From positions 74,515 to 138,514 of the forward strand of contig NW_019217946.1 in assembly GCF_002571385.2 (NCBI RefSeq): a stretch of 64,000 nt of DNA, written 5' to 3'. Below are positions 37,300 through 50,366 of the stretch, piece after piece (positions within the stretch are counted from its first letter, which is position 1; each line of letters starts with the position of its first letter). The notes beneath the pieces are model-generated. The model was not told where the DNA came from, searched no databases, and saw only the letters and a program-made list of their open reading frames with translations. The translations under genes were made by a program, and so were the position numbers. This stretch comes from Stylophora pistillata. Lineage: Eukaryota.

Positions 37300-40200
37300 T
37301 TCTCCAATCATATTTTATTTCCTGTATGAAAGTACAAACAATCTTGAGTTCCTAGTTTTGCGCCCTTGTTTGTGTTGCCACTTGATATTTCCACTTTCGA
37401 AAGTTCCTTTAAGTCATCACGTGAACCTCTTTACGAGAACAATTTTGTTTTAAACCAAACTTGATTCTATTTTACTTGAAAACTGATAACCAAATTAATT
37501 CGATGCGCAATTCGCCCAGTATTGTTAGAGCTTCGAAGGTAGACTTTCCTAAAATCGAGTCCTTTTTTCAATTTATCATCAAATGAGCTGTATGTCTAGG
37601 TTTCTGGATGTTTTAAAGAAATATGGCCGGACATTTTTTAAATAATAGCGTCTAAAATCCTCGTCAATCTTGTCCATACTTAAATAACTTCCTGTCTTCT
37701 TTGTTTACTTTTGGCTCTTTAGCACCACTTGTAATATCTTCCCAAGCATAAATTATGTAGTTTTCTCTGGCAATTAGACAACAGTGTTGCACAGCAACAA
37801 AACATGAAGCGATGCTCGCACTCTTGATGAACTGACGTCAGTAAATTCATGTAAAGTTCTATTCCCGACTCACTGCGTTCCCCGCAAAAAACTGCCATTA
37901 CTCAATTGACGCGGGTTCACTGTCAGAAACAGCTCTGTAGCTAAGGAGAAGTATTGAGTTATCTCTTCGTTTGATCAAACACATCAGAAGTCATTAGTCC
38001 AGTTTTAAGAAATCCTCGAGTACCCAATGCAACCTCTGTTATCATGTTTGTAGTTTTCTTTGAAAATAACATGCAAGTGGATTGGCATGACTGCAAACAA
38101 TTAAAAATACACAGTCACTGTGTTGCGAAACAACAGCGCGCGTGTAGACTCGGACGAAGTTAGGCAACATTTTTCAGGTTATAAATTCACTGTCAGGGAT
38201 TTTCTTGCTGATGTAAATATGGTGGAATTGGCTCAAATATTCTAATGTATAATAATGACGTATTGCTAATCGTTATTAGGGTAAGGACTCAGTTCTATAC
38301 TTTCTCCAAGGTGGCTTTGCTTTTGTTCGCGTTAAATTGTATTTTTATAGTTACTTTTGTTATTTTTTGGCTGTGATATATTGAAACATTCATTGAGCTA
38401 ATCACGAGCGGTAACATCACAAATCTTTTTGTGTGTTTTTTTCCACCGGTCTTAACTTTTAGACTTGTCAAAACACTTTGTGTTTCAATTTGTTTTGGCT
38501 GAGTATTGTTATAAAAGTTGCCCGGTGTTTCACTTTTGATCTTGTGGTGTGATCATCTCAGTTCGATTTAATTTAATTACAGTAGGATATAATATTGCTA
38601 TTGAAGAAAAGATAATAATGGCAAACCTCAAGCTGCTGGGTGCTTTCGTCCTTACTAACCAGCAATAGGCCTAGGAAACCATATGGACTCACAGCAAGCG
38701 GGCGTGTTTTGCATGGCTTACTCGGAATAATCCGTTACGTTAGCTTCAGTGAAAGGAAAGAGACAAGAGAAATAACGCAAAGACCTACAGCCAACTAAGT
38801 CCGTGGTACTTGCTGCCACTGCATATTAACTCCTGTTTAACTTATCTATTTCCGGTGGTCACCCGCAGTTACTGAAACGGTACCTTCTCTAACAAACTTT
38901 GCTATTTTTCATAAAGATTCATTCAAACAGTTAGCCATGTATCAAGTAAATGGAATGGATTTCCATGCTTCTATTTTTGCCCTTAAATTAATTTTAATTA
39001 TTATAAGAAGCAGTGATTTTTTGGTTGTTTATCGTGGTGTAAAAATTGCGACAAGAACAAAACTGATCACCGCTTGTCTCTCGATGCCGTCAATTACGAT
39101 GTGGATCGCAGCGATTCGACTGCGCGCTGCTAATCTTCTGCAGACGATGAATTTGCGTAATTGTCACTCAGACAAATACAAGTAAATTGTCCTGAGATGG
39201 AGTCAGATCTTTTAAGCCATCTCACAATCATAACTTCACAGCTCTTTTCGAAAACTGTGGGGGACTATCTTAAATTTTAGCATGGTATTGATCGCGTGAT
39301 GGAAACCGAAATACCCATTGAATACAGATAATATCATATGTTTTCTTTTATTTGCATTCGCGATCTTAGATGAATGAATATATTTTTCGTGACTAGAATT
39401 ATTTAAACTTCGGCCCACGCAGGCGTTTATCAGTGGAAAACAGCTTTGAAGAGCTTCAATAAATACTTTCGTTTGATGAGGAAGTTGAAAGCAGATCTTG
39501 GTTTGTATAGGGAGGGGTGGGAGTATTACCCGGGAGTATTAACATCTTTTCTCCACCCCACCCCTCCCTTTAGATAGTAAGCTTTCAAATGTTACTTCCG
39601 TATCCAAACATTACCATAAACCGTCCTAAAGTGCTTAGAATTTAGAGTAATTTTCGCCCGACAATCTGTCAACTTAGATTAATGAAACACCATCAGGTAA
39701 AGTACCGTGTTATTCAGCTCGCAGGTCGGGAGATATAAGGATTTAAACTGTCTATTGCCGATGAGGGTGAAAGATTAACAAATCCCTTAAATATTTCCTC
39801 CCCTAATACCCAATTAACCCTAACTGTCAAGTGCAACTTTCCGACCAACATACCTGTACGTGTTATTCAACTCGGAGAATCGTTGCCCTACACAGAGCTG
39901 ACGTATCCTCCAAAGATGAAAGTGTTTCTTTCTATTTCGTTTCTTTCTTTATCTCGTAATTGACTGTTGTATACTTAGGACAAATATGCTAATAGAAAAA
40001 ACGTAGGTCATGTAAGGGAAGTTGTTTTTTTCAATACCTCGTGCAAGTTGGGAGGTTCAACAATCTATTTTACAGGTGGAATGTTTTTATCCCTCTATTT
40101 GCGCTTGCGATACGAGATAAGCATTAGTCTGTTATCATAATCCGAGCGATGTGGCACTGCACAATGAAAAGCGGTCTGCGTTATTTCAACACAGACCAGC

Positions 40201-41057
40201 TGGGAAAGAAATTGACTAGATCCCTGCAACAGTTGTGTATGTGAAAAAAGAAAAAAAAAATCAGTGAAGATTAAAACAGATGTCGACAATTTGTTCGGGT
40301 GAGTGATATGTGAGGCATTATCAATGATGACCGTGATGTTGGTGGGTAATTTTAGCTCGCTGCTTCTTAAAATTGAAGTTTAGATCCAATAATTAACGAA
40401 AGCGGATATCATTATCTTAAATAGAATGACCTAAGTCCTTTTAAAACTGGCTTCTATGGTTCAACTTCGTTCCTAGTTTTGCTTGATGCCGCGGGTATAC
40501 GTTACGAGAAAATAAAAATAATCAAACAAAACAAAAACGCGTGCGTAACCGTGTAAAAAAACGAAGATAAAGTGTAATCGCTAATAATTCCGACAGAGGC
40601 CACTTCTACGTGAACGTGGGTTTAAAATGTTAATTGATAGAATTATACAGGCTAGAAGAGTCAGCTTCTGCCGCTGCTGTCTATAACAGGTGGCGGGTAG
40701 CTCTCCCTTACGACATCGCGATGCAATGCGTGATAAAAATTTTAAGCAGTACTAAGTTTTGTAAAGAATACTTCACGAAACTAGATTTATCTAGCGCGGA
40801 AGTTTATTTTGTTATTCTTGAGGCTGGATTTAATCAGAGAGCAGGTTTTATTGATTACGTCGATGCTTGGCAACCAATCAGCGCACGGAGTCTGATAAGG
40901 CCTGGGTTTTCGAAGACAGGGGCGTTAACACTTTAAAGGGCGACTCAGCAAAAAAAACCTTTGCTCGTCTCAGGCATCAGATCTTGCAGTTCACTTCTTG
41001 TGGTAGAGATAGCTTTCGACGCTAATCGGCCGAATACGCATTAAAATTTCCAAGCAG

Positions 41058-41069
41058 GAAAGTGAAAGC
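41058..41069 (+). promoter_or_regulatory. IRF-E/ISRE consensus site upstream of the IRF start codon; CCAAT box at ~40874
   Basis: GAAAGTGAAAGC matches the consensus G(A)AAASYGAAASY and ends 72 nt before the ATG. Confidence 0.5.
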
Positions 41070-41141
41070 CGTTTAGAAAAGTCAAAGACTGAGTTGTTAT
41101 TCGGAAATAACCCGTCTCACGAAACTGCAAGAAACTAAAAA

Positions 41142-44100
41142 ATGTTATCTAAGAAGATGCGACTTTCGTCAGTCGGTGTAGATCGATCCTTAGTACGTGG
41201 GGCTTCATCTAGGGTACCGAAGGAACGCAAGCGGTTTACACCATGGCTAGAAGAACAGATCGAAGAGGGAGACATTGACGGCTTGGAATGGATCGAGAAA
41301 GACAAAGGTATTTTCAAAGTCCCTTGGGTTCGCGTCGATAAACCAGAGTTCGTCCTTGAAACTCATGCAGAGCTTTTCAAACGCTGGGCTGAGCACACTG
41401 GGAAATATCGTAAAGGGGACCAGCCTGATCCGTCCACATGGAAGACCAGATTTCGCTGCGCGCTGCGAAAAATGAACGAAATCGTCGAGATCAGAGAACT
41501 GGGGAGTCTAGAGGGAAGCAAGCCGTACAGAGCCTTCAAGTTTGAGCCGAAACTGAAAGGTGAAGTACGACACAATTGTCATATTTTTTCGATCCACCTC
41601 GCACGCTTCCAATAGTTTTGTTTTCAACATCAGGTCATTTTATTTTTACTTCATGTTTTTTGCATACAATATGTGCCTGTTGTCTCCACAGTTACCATGT
41701 GTTCATACAAAGGCGTTTAGCTTTAAATCACTAGATGTCACTGCTTTGTTCAAGGAACTGCAGGAACGTTTCAAAACAAACTTGTACAGATTAATTTGCG
41801 TATTCAGTTCTTACAGTCGTGAAATCAAACAACCGTTTGCCCTTTATCAGTCAACCTTATGGGGCTTAGCGTTTGAAACCTAGCTTTTATTCTTTTGAGG
41901 GCCCACAAGAAATTTGTCAAGGAGTCTATCTAACGCGCAAGCATTCCCAGACAAAAAAATAATACTTCTGAGGAAACTGTTCTTGAGTGATAAAAGTTTG
42001 CCTTGCGATAAGTTGGGGTCTTTGACCAGAAAAGGATAAGCAAAATAGCTTTTGATAAACTAGAAAGTTCAATGGAACAAACAGCTTGGAAACAGTTTAA
42101 CTATACAATCTCGCTGTAGCCATTTTCTTTTTCCTTGACACTTTTTAAGTCGGGAGCCCTCTAAATAAAGTCTACTTGAGACATCTTGCTCTATACAATG
42201 GAATTTTGTAGCTTCTCTTTACCTTGCTTTACAATGAAAACAAAACATTACCAAAGGAAAAAAAGCTCTCGATAAAATGGCAGATAACAATAGCTTTGAA
42301 GGACTCCTTATATTAGTCTCCCCGTCATTTCTAATTTTCTCTCTGAATTCCGTTCGATTTGCGAATTCTGAGGTCAGTCTTAAACACACTCACCTAGAGT
42401 CTATAACAAAACGCGAAATTGCTCTCCTGTTTGTCGGCGTATGGGTCTTGCAGTTTTAAGTGAAAAATGCGTGTGAGATATCATGATAAGTGCTTTCTAA
42501 CAAAGCCTAACGAGTAGCAAAAGAGACCGAAATTATTCTTTTTAATTACAGACTCGCTTTTTGATGAAAGTTAGACGAGAAAAGAAACGCCCAGCCACGG
42601 GTTTGCGAATTTACACCGGAAACTATAAACACTGAGTGCGGAAATTTACTTTTCATCTGTCTCTTCCGAATCGAGCGAAATTTTCGAGTAGCTGTTTAAA
42701 ACCCAGCGTTAGCCGTCTAGGTTGGGTAATGTAATGAGCAGATCACGTTTTGAATTTAAAAGTGAAAGAGTTTCAAGTTTACGAGTTGAATTTGTTTCGC
42801 TTTGGACGCGTGCTCTAATGACTTACAAATACTGTACGTAACGTTAGACACAGAGGAGCTATTCCCTTACCATCAATTATAAAGTTTTCAAAGTGTTTAT
42901 GATTAAAACATTACACTCGTAATCCAATTTGCACCTTTTGCTACACGTATCAATATTTCAACGCTTTCATCCATTTAGCGATTAATGGCCCCGATATCGC
43001 TTATCATAGGGCGCTGGACCCAACTAAAAGACGCTTTATTCGCAGCTAAATACTTTTGGAAGATATGTCTAGTTATTTTTTGTTAGTTACGAACACTTTT
43101 TTCTTTCCACAAGGATGATTTGATAAACTTCCAGCTCACTGAAATATTCTGTAATTTGCACAGGAAGTCGAACTTAAGAAAATTCAGTGGCAATAAAACT
43201 CTATGTGGATCGTTACTCGTTGCCATGGGTTTGAAATATTTATTCTTTTATTGATAAAATAACACGTGTTAAAAGCGCACGCCAGACGCCGTTGTTTAAA
43301 GGGGAGTTTATCAACACGACAAGCATTCCTCTTTTGTTTCACATAATTAAAATCTGCTCACTCGCCTAGCAGTAATAAAACTGCATCAAAGTTTTTCTGC
43401 CATGGTATAACATCTCTGGGAAAAGACAATCACATTTTTTTCGTAACTCGTTCGCTCGGTATTATTGAAGTAACTCGTTAAGTTTTTCTCGAACATAGCA
43501 TGATTCAATCTGATTAAAGCAACCTTGCTTACTTGAAAACAACAAAGACAATTTCGCGTTTCGACTTAATCTTGAAATCGGAATACTTTGCGGATTTTTT
43601 GCATTCCTCGAAATCATCCTGAGACAAAGCCTCGAGCGGGTACCCTACAGAAAGCGGAGAATCAAAAGGAGTTTTGTCTTGGCCTAGTTTATTTTTGGAC
43701 TTGATTTCCAGTTCCTTCGAGTTGGCGATGCGCCAGAGCAAACAGGAAGACAAATCTACTAAGGCACTGGCCGAATAACTTTCTCGTTTGCTTTACAAAT
43801 CTCTTTGTACTGATGACAATACTGTTTAAGTGTTAGTATCACGCTCCGTTTCATTTACTCTGCAACCTGTAGATTTTCAAAAACACTTGAATGGCAACGT
43901 GTCCATCTGTACTCTTGTTTGCTTTAAAAGGAAAAAGAAAAAGAAAGAAAACAGAACCAAAAAGTAAAAAAACAAGATTATTTTTAAATAATAATCGTGA
44001 TCACCGCATGTGCGCGTTTTACGGATCCCGGCAAAACTCCAAGCTCAATATAAGGCTAAAATTTTGGAAGCTTTATCGTATAGATTAACTGATTAGCAAG

Positions 44101-47100
44101 GAAATGTCTTCAAATCATAATTCATGTAGCGTTTCTCTTCTTCATTAGTGATAAAAATATTTCAATGCCGAAACTGAGAAAATCGTTTATTGTCTTAAGT
44201 TTTTCAAGGACGTTCCTACGCGGAAAATGAATAGTTACGAAATAAATCCGCGGCAATCGTGCTATCTGACTAACAATAGTAAAGGATGAATCCATGCTGA
44301 GCTAACTGCATGGCCGTCTTTTATCTGTGCCTTACCGGTGGCGCACTTGTTACAGATAATTTTGGGACAGTAAGTCTGATTGCCAAGTGAGGGTGACCGC
44401 ATTTTGCACGAATCTGACAAACGCATCTTAGACGTGTTCTGACCCAATATCATACACGTGGAATCAAGAGAGACATTGCATAAATTAAAAGATAATTTTA
44501 ATGGAAATGGGCTAGATTTGTCAGTGTGACTCTGTGGCACTTGTAGCTATCTTGAAGTTTAGGTTCGAAATCTTTCACAAGGACTGAAAAAACTTTGTTT
44601 TCCCTACTCACGACAATTGACTTTTTTAAAAATATTTTATTACTAATTAAAATGAACGCAGTTTATTTTTTTCTTTCCTTTTTAATAGATATTCGCAAAC
44701 GGATAAGGAGCGAGATCTTTTCTGAGTGCGATGCAGAGCTAAAATTTTACTTCTGTTGCCGGCTGTGAAAACAATTATTAATTGAGGGATTTATTCACAA
44801 GAATGCAATGATGTATGTTGGATTCAATAGCTCTGACACAGCCAATGCGACTGAAATTTATATCCTTCAGTTTGCGTAAAAAACTCTAGAAGGGGCTATA
44901 CCTCTCTGTTAGGTTACTTGGTAGAATCCGGCTAGTTCAGCTCTGACTCAAACTTTTTTATCGTGATATCTCCGACGTTTACAGTTCTCGAGGTAAAAGA
45001 AACATGCACTGTAAAACTCCGTTCAATCTTTTCTCTTTTTATTTCGGTAGAGACTGTTGTATTTTTTGAAAGTTCTGTACTTCTGCGAGAGGTTACGAAT
45101 AAAGCAGGATATCTGTCTGGCCCCAAGAACAGATATTTAACATAAATTTTGATTTCTGCCCATGAAATATAAGTCATGTAAGAGATCGTGGTCAAAGGGA
45201 CCATAAGCAGGGTAATAAACTTTGAATATAAATCAAAGGTTTTCGTTACAACCGAATTTGATAGCAACTATCGACGGGTACCGTGCTTTTCAGAATTTTC
45301 TCCTTCACTTAGATGCAACTGTCTCTTTTGTTAGTATTGAAATTAAAATTTTCATGGTTAACTTTTTCAATTCTTAATTGAAGTGGCAAAACAGACGAAA
45401 TAATTCCTTATCTTTTCAGCGATAACTTTCGAACCTTTTTAAATTCGTGGATTCTCGGATCACATCTCTCTGATATAAAAAAAAAAAAGACTAATTGCTA
45501 CAAGTCTTAGATGCAGACGAGTTTTTCATTTAAGTTTGAAAATGTTAGCCAAATTAGGTTTTTTGTTTCGAATATTCTGTCAAAAGTACACGCAACATGA
45601 AAGGATGCGTGTTGTGTCTAAGTATCACATGAGCTTTCTTGTATTCATAAATTTTGTTTAAAAAAACTATGCATGTCATTCAAGGGCGGAGCTTGGAATA
45701 TATTCGAAAGATCGTGAATGAGGTGTAGAGTTGCCCTATAGCATCTTCCGCAACGCTCGTTAGCCCTGTGAAGAATGATAAAACTCACGCACAAGAAAAA
45801 GTTGCATTTCATCACTAACAAATCATCAATGATCTCAATACCTTTGATCTCTTTGTAATATACGGTGCCATTCGTGACAACATTTTATAAGTAACTTTTT
45901 ACGAGTGGTAGCCAATGGAAAAAGGGTCAGTGAAAAAACAATTTTTTGAAAATTGATATTTTACAGACGGCGGTATGAAGTAGGGCCAAATTTCTTTGAA
46001 AAGTTTGCCAATGATTCAAGAACTTATCTCGAACAATCTTGAAAAAGGTTTCGCCTCATCTTCCAGAATATAATGATGTAGATCACGACTGTATCTACGA
46101 AAACATTAAACTCGCATGAAAAAAAGACACATATTTGTATTAAAACCGAAGCAACAGTTTTCGTTGCTTTAAGAACTGCACAAAACTAAATTTTAATCGA
46201 GTATTTAATTCATTTCACATTTCAGACCGCAGCAGTGCTTTCAAGCGTTCGCCTGGGAAAAGGAGCAGCAGACCTCCCTCTCTAGAGTCACTGGAGTCTA
46301 ATATTCCCTCTCCGATGGAACCGGTAAAGGGAACTCGAGATCACTTGCCATTAGGAAGAATGCTGAATCATCTACAGGTATAGAACACAGAAATGTCAGT
46401 AGTGATTACATAGGCACGCTGCAACCACGCTCTGTTTGCTTAGGTAGAACGTATTTGTGGCGCGTTGAGTAAATGTCTCTGTATTCTGCAGTGTTATAGT
46501 TTCAAGAGCTGGTTGATCTAAATTTCGGTGTGTTTTTGTGCCGGGCGAGACACTTTAGAGCGCGATGTTAAGGCCCGTTTATCTTGAATCTTGAAAAATA
46601 ACTAAGTATGAATATTTTTTCCTTTTAACTTCTTATTTTTTTAAATCTACAAAACTAACTTTGTGGTTTCCTTTCGTGTACTATAATGCTCCGTAAGCTT
46701 CTTCGGCAATCTCTATATAGCAAATTCGAAGATTCTAATTTTTCCACGTCATTATCAAATGAATGTAGATCAATGGTAGTCGTTCATTCTTTAATATATG
46801 TTTCCGTTCTGTTGAATTCTCTCGCAGACAATATGTGGGCTACATTCTTTTCTTTGTAGATTTGTGAGGAGTACCCTCAGAGACGAAGCTTCGATTATAG
46901 GAATCCAGATGGAAGCATTATTGGTGGTAAGTACGGTCTGATCAAGAAGAGGCAGACACTCACAAGAGCTAAATCTCCCTCAGGCTTGAAAACTATGTTT
47001 TTCATTTTGCTTGCTAGAGTTGAGATTCAGGTGCATCATCATGATGTCTCTTCTTCAATGTCGTTCTAAAGTCCTTTTCTTGTCTTCTTCAAGTGTATTT

Positions 47101-49347
47101 AAAAAATTATGAAAGGGATTTTTTTTAGCCAATCGTTCAATTACCAGGGCTGAAACAATTAACGCGTGGTACACTCAGAGAGTACCACCTTCTTTGTTTA
47201 CGAAAACTAAACTTGAGGGGCAACCCATCACGATACAGGAAATTAATTCAAATAATTTTTTGGAAAAAAAATCTACATAAATAGAGAGAACCTATTTCCG
47301 CAATGCATTTTCTTTTTTTATTTTCTCCTGTTATTTTTTTACCATAAGATGCTGTAAGTTTGCTATAAGAAAAACGACTGATGAGGAGGTGGAACGAAAA
47401 TTTAATACGAAATAAGAGATGAAGAAATTTGACGAACAGCAATGGTCACTTTGTTTTGTAACCTTCAGTTAATCCGATTTTAGTCTACTCGTGCTCCAGG
47501 CATTCATATAAACAAGATCTGTTGTTCCAAAACTAGATTTTATCTCCAAAAGAAAGTGAAATACTTGAAGCCACATTGCATTGGTTTTGTTTTCTATGAA
47601 GCTCATTAAATAGCTAAAATTACACTCATTATTCTGAATTTACATTGCTGAGTAACATGTAACATTTCGATTTCTTTGTTTGAGACTGCACCATAATAAA
47701 TTCTACAGTTACTGTCAAAGGACTCAGTTCTGAGGAATTTGAAAGCAAGTTTCGATTGATGTGCCGTATTGCTGTGTTTTCATCACAGTTTGGTCTCGTC
47801 GTTTTTGTCAACTGTGTGGTGAAAAATATCCCTCGTTAGATTGCTTACCTTTCTTTTGAAGGACAGAGTTGTTTTAAAATTTATTTCTAGACTTCGTCGC
47901 ACCCGTTGTTATGCCCGAGGAATTCAGTGGACCAGCGTATGGCGGGGTAAGGTTTTACACGTTAAACTCGCTCATTAACAACCACATTCTTTGCACCCCG
48001 CAAATGGCTAAGGTTCACAGCCTGTTAAAAGTTTACTGCAAACAAAACCTTCGCACTCAGTCTACCCGATACCTGAATAGAACTTTTCATAACTTTGGCC
48101 GCCTTTTTTTTTTTCTCACCCCGCTGTTTACGATCGCGCTTTACTAACTATACGTCTGAAACAGACTGTAGGAACAAAGGTGCTTAAAGAAGGGGATGGA
48201 GAAGGGGTGGGGAACTATCATAAGGTTATCGTACACCTTCAGGGGTGTCTCACGTGCAAGCGATGTAGCGCGTTCGGTTTAAACTGCAGATATCTAAACC
48301 TCCTATCAAATTAAAGCTTATAGGACTGGCTATCAGACTATACCAAAAATTTTGAAAAAAAATGAATTGTCGAATTTTTAACGACTTCTAAATGCGAGCG
48401 CCCGAATCACCTTTTGACCGTCATATGTTAAAGCGAATTTTGTTTTTCGCTTATTAATGTGTTCCTCCGTTTCCGGAACGAAAGCGCTAAAAAAATGTGT
48501 CTGCGATTTGTCATATTCAATTTCAGTGAAAAGTTACAGAACAATTTTGAAATAGGATTAAAAAAATGTGGAGTGATCGTACAAAAATCGCTCTTGAAAA
48601 AGAAGTATTTCGAAATAAAAAATTTGGAAACATATTTTTGTTGTTTATATGTAAAACTAGCTACTGTCAAAATTTGAAAGCAATCGAACAAATTCCCTTC
48701 GACTTGTAGCTCTTAAAAGGTGATTCGGGCGCTCGCATTTAGAAGTCGAGAAAAATTCGACAATTTTTTTTCAAAATTTTTGGTATAGCCTGATAGCCAG
48801 TCCTATAAACTTTAATTTGATATGGGGTTTAGATATCTACAGTTTAAACCGGACGCGCTACATCGCTTGCACGCGAGACACCCCTGAATGTGCACGGTAA
48901 CCTTAATCTCCTTTTTTGGGAGATCTGTAAGCTTGGTTTTATGTTGTTACTAAGTCAGTCTTAGAGGTCTTACCGGGATTCGACCACAGGCTTATCTTGA
49001 CAAAAGTGGCCGAGATTTCATATCGATAAAAAGTAATTGATTTGCACTCGTACATTTTGGTCGAGAGGAAATGAAAGGCAAAGAAAGAACCGGATATATT
49101 AATACAAACATTTTAGAAATACTCGTTTTGGTATGTATGGCTGTTCATGATTTATCGATCACATTTCTAGGTCTACCCGTGATCAATCAGAAGCCAAAGC
49201 CATCAGAGAAATCAAGTTTAATCTCCATTTATCTGTTTTGTCACTTTCTGGTCAAACAGCTTAACGTTTCATTTTAAATAAGTTAGGAGAATCATATGTC
49301 ATATCAAGTTAACACACCCTTCAACTGCTCTTCGCCGACAGGTTTGA
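41142..49347 (+). CDS. IRF: Interferon regulatory factor (IRF family), predicted ~232 aa; exons 41142-41559, 46226-46377, 46860-46926, 47891-47946, 49342-49347
   Basis: Complete tryptophan-pentad DBD in exon 1 (PWLEEQI, GLEWIEKDKGIFKVPW, LFKRWAEHTGKY, PSTWKTRFRCAL, PYRAF). The downstream exons are joined by phase-consistent GT-AG sites. The terminal exon (V-stop) is the least certain. AATAAA at ~49406 and ~49816. Confidence 0.88.
48224..48902. mobile_element. MITE with ~190-bp terminal inverted repeats (Kolobok- or Harbinger-type)
   Basis: 48224-48414 is the reverse complement of 48716-48902 at roughly 90% identity. Ends are GG...CC with flanks ATAA / TTAA. Confidence 0.85.
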
Positions 49348-50366
49348 CTTGATAACTTTTATCAGTTGTGAGAGAAAGGATGAATGAACCATTAAATATG
49401 TAGCCAATAAAAGATAAGTCATAGCAACACGAGAGATTCAACTCTATCGGGTGAAGATCTTACTGAGGGAACAGACAATTTGGCCTGAGGTTACTGTACA
49501 GAGGGATCAAAGCTGAACGAGAAAAAGGGGATAGACTGAACCCCGCTCGCAAATTATCAGTTATTTACCTCCTGTTGGGCTGAAACACCCTGAGCCAGTT
49601 TGAATTGAAAAATGAATTGAGGTCCTTTCAAACTGACATGAAGATATAAAATATAACTACAGTTTATTGGATTATTCTTTCTTAATTTCTCTTCATGATA
49701 GCTAAATATGACTTGGCCCTCGTCAGGAGCTGATAATCTAATTTTTTTTAACAGCTAATTTTTTTTTTAAAGAAAAAAATGGTTATTGTAAGAAAAAAGT
49801 TAAATTTACTGGGCCAATAAAGTTGTCCTCTTTTACATAATCACTATGTGCGTTACCATCTGTTGTTACCATTCGTTACCTTGATAGTTCGAAAGTTTGC
49901 TTGCCGGCAGTCGAAGTTACTGCAAACAGAATTCTAAAGTGTAATATGTCTATCCTATCATTTTGAAATTATCCTTTCCCGTTTCTTCTTCCTACCCATC
50001 GTTTCATTTAGTCCCCAATTTTAATTTTAATTTTAAAAAACTTAGCACACCATCTTTATTGCATATACTTCTTTCCGCTTCCTGTGCTATGTAACCAGGT
50101 CGTCGTCTTGTCTGTTGTTGTCACGCGAACCACTTAAAGTCAGAGGGCTGTTAGGCTATTTATAACGAAGTAAACACCTAGATACTACTTTTTCCGATTT
50201 CCTCATTGGATTTTTTATTCATCGTATGCTTTGTGGCTCAGCAAATGCAGTTATTAAAATATAAATCCCGTAAATACTGTTTGCCCCCACAGTCATTCGA
50301 TATTGTTGACAACCACTCGGTTGGCACGTGATTGACAGTTCAGTGCTTTCCATTCAATGGACTACC

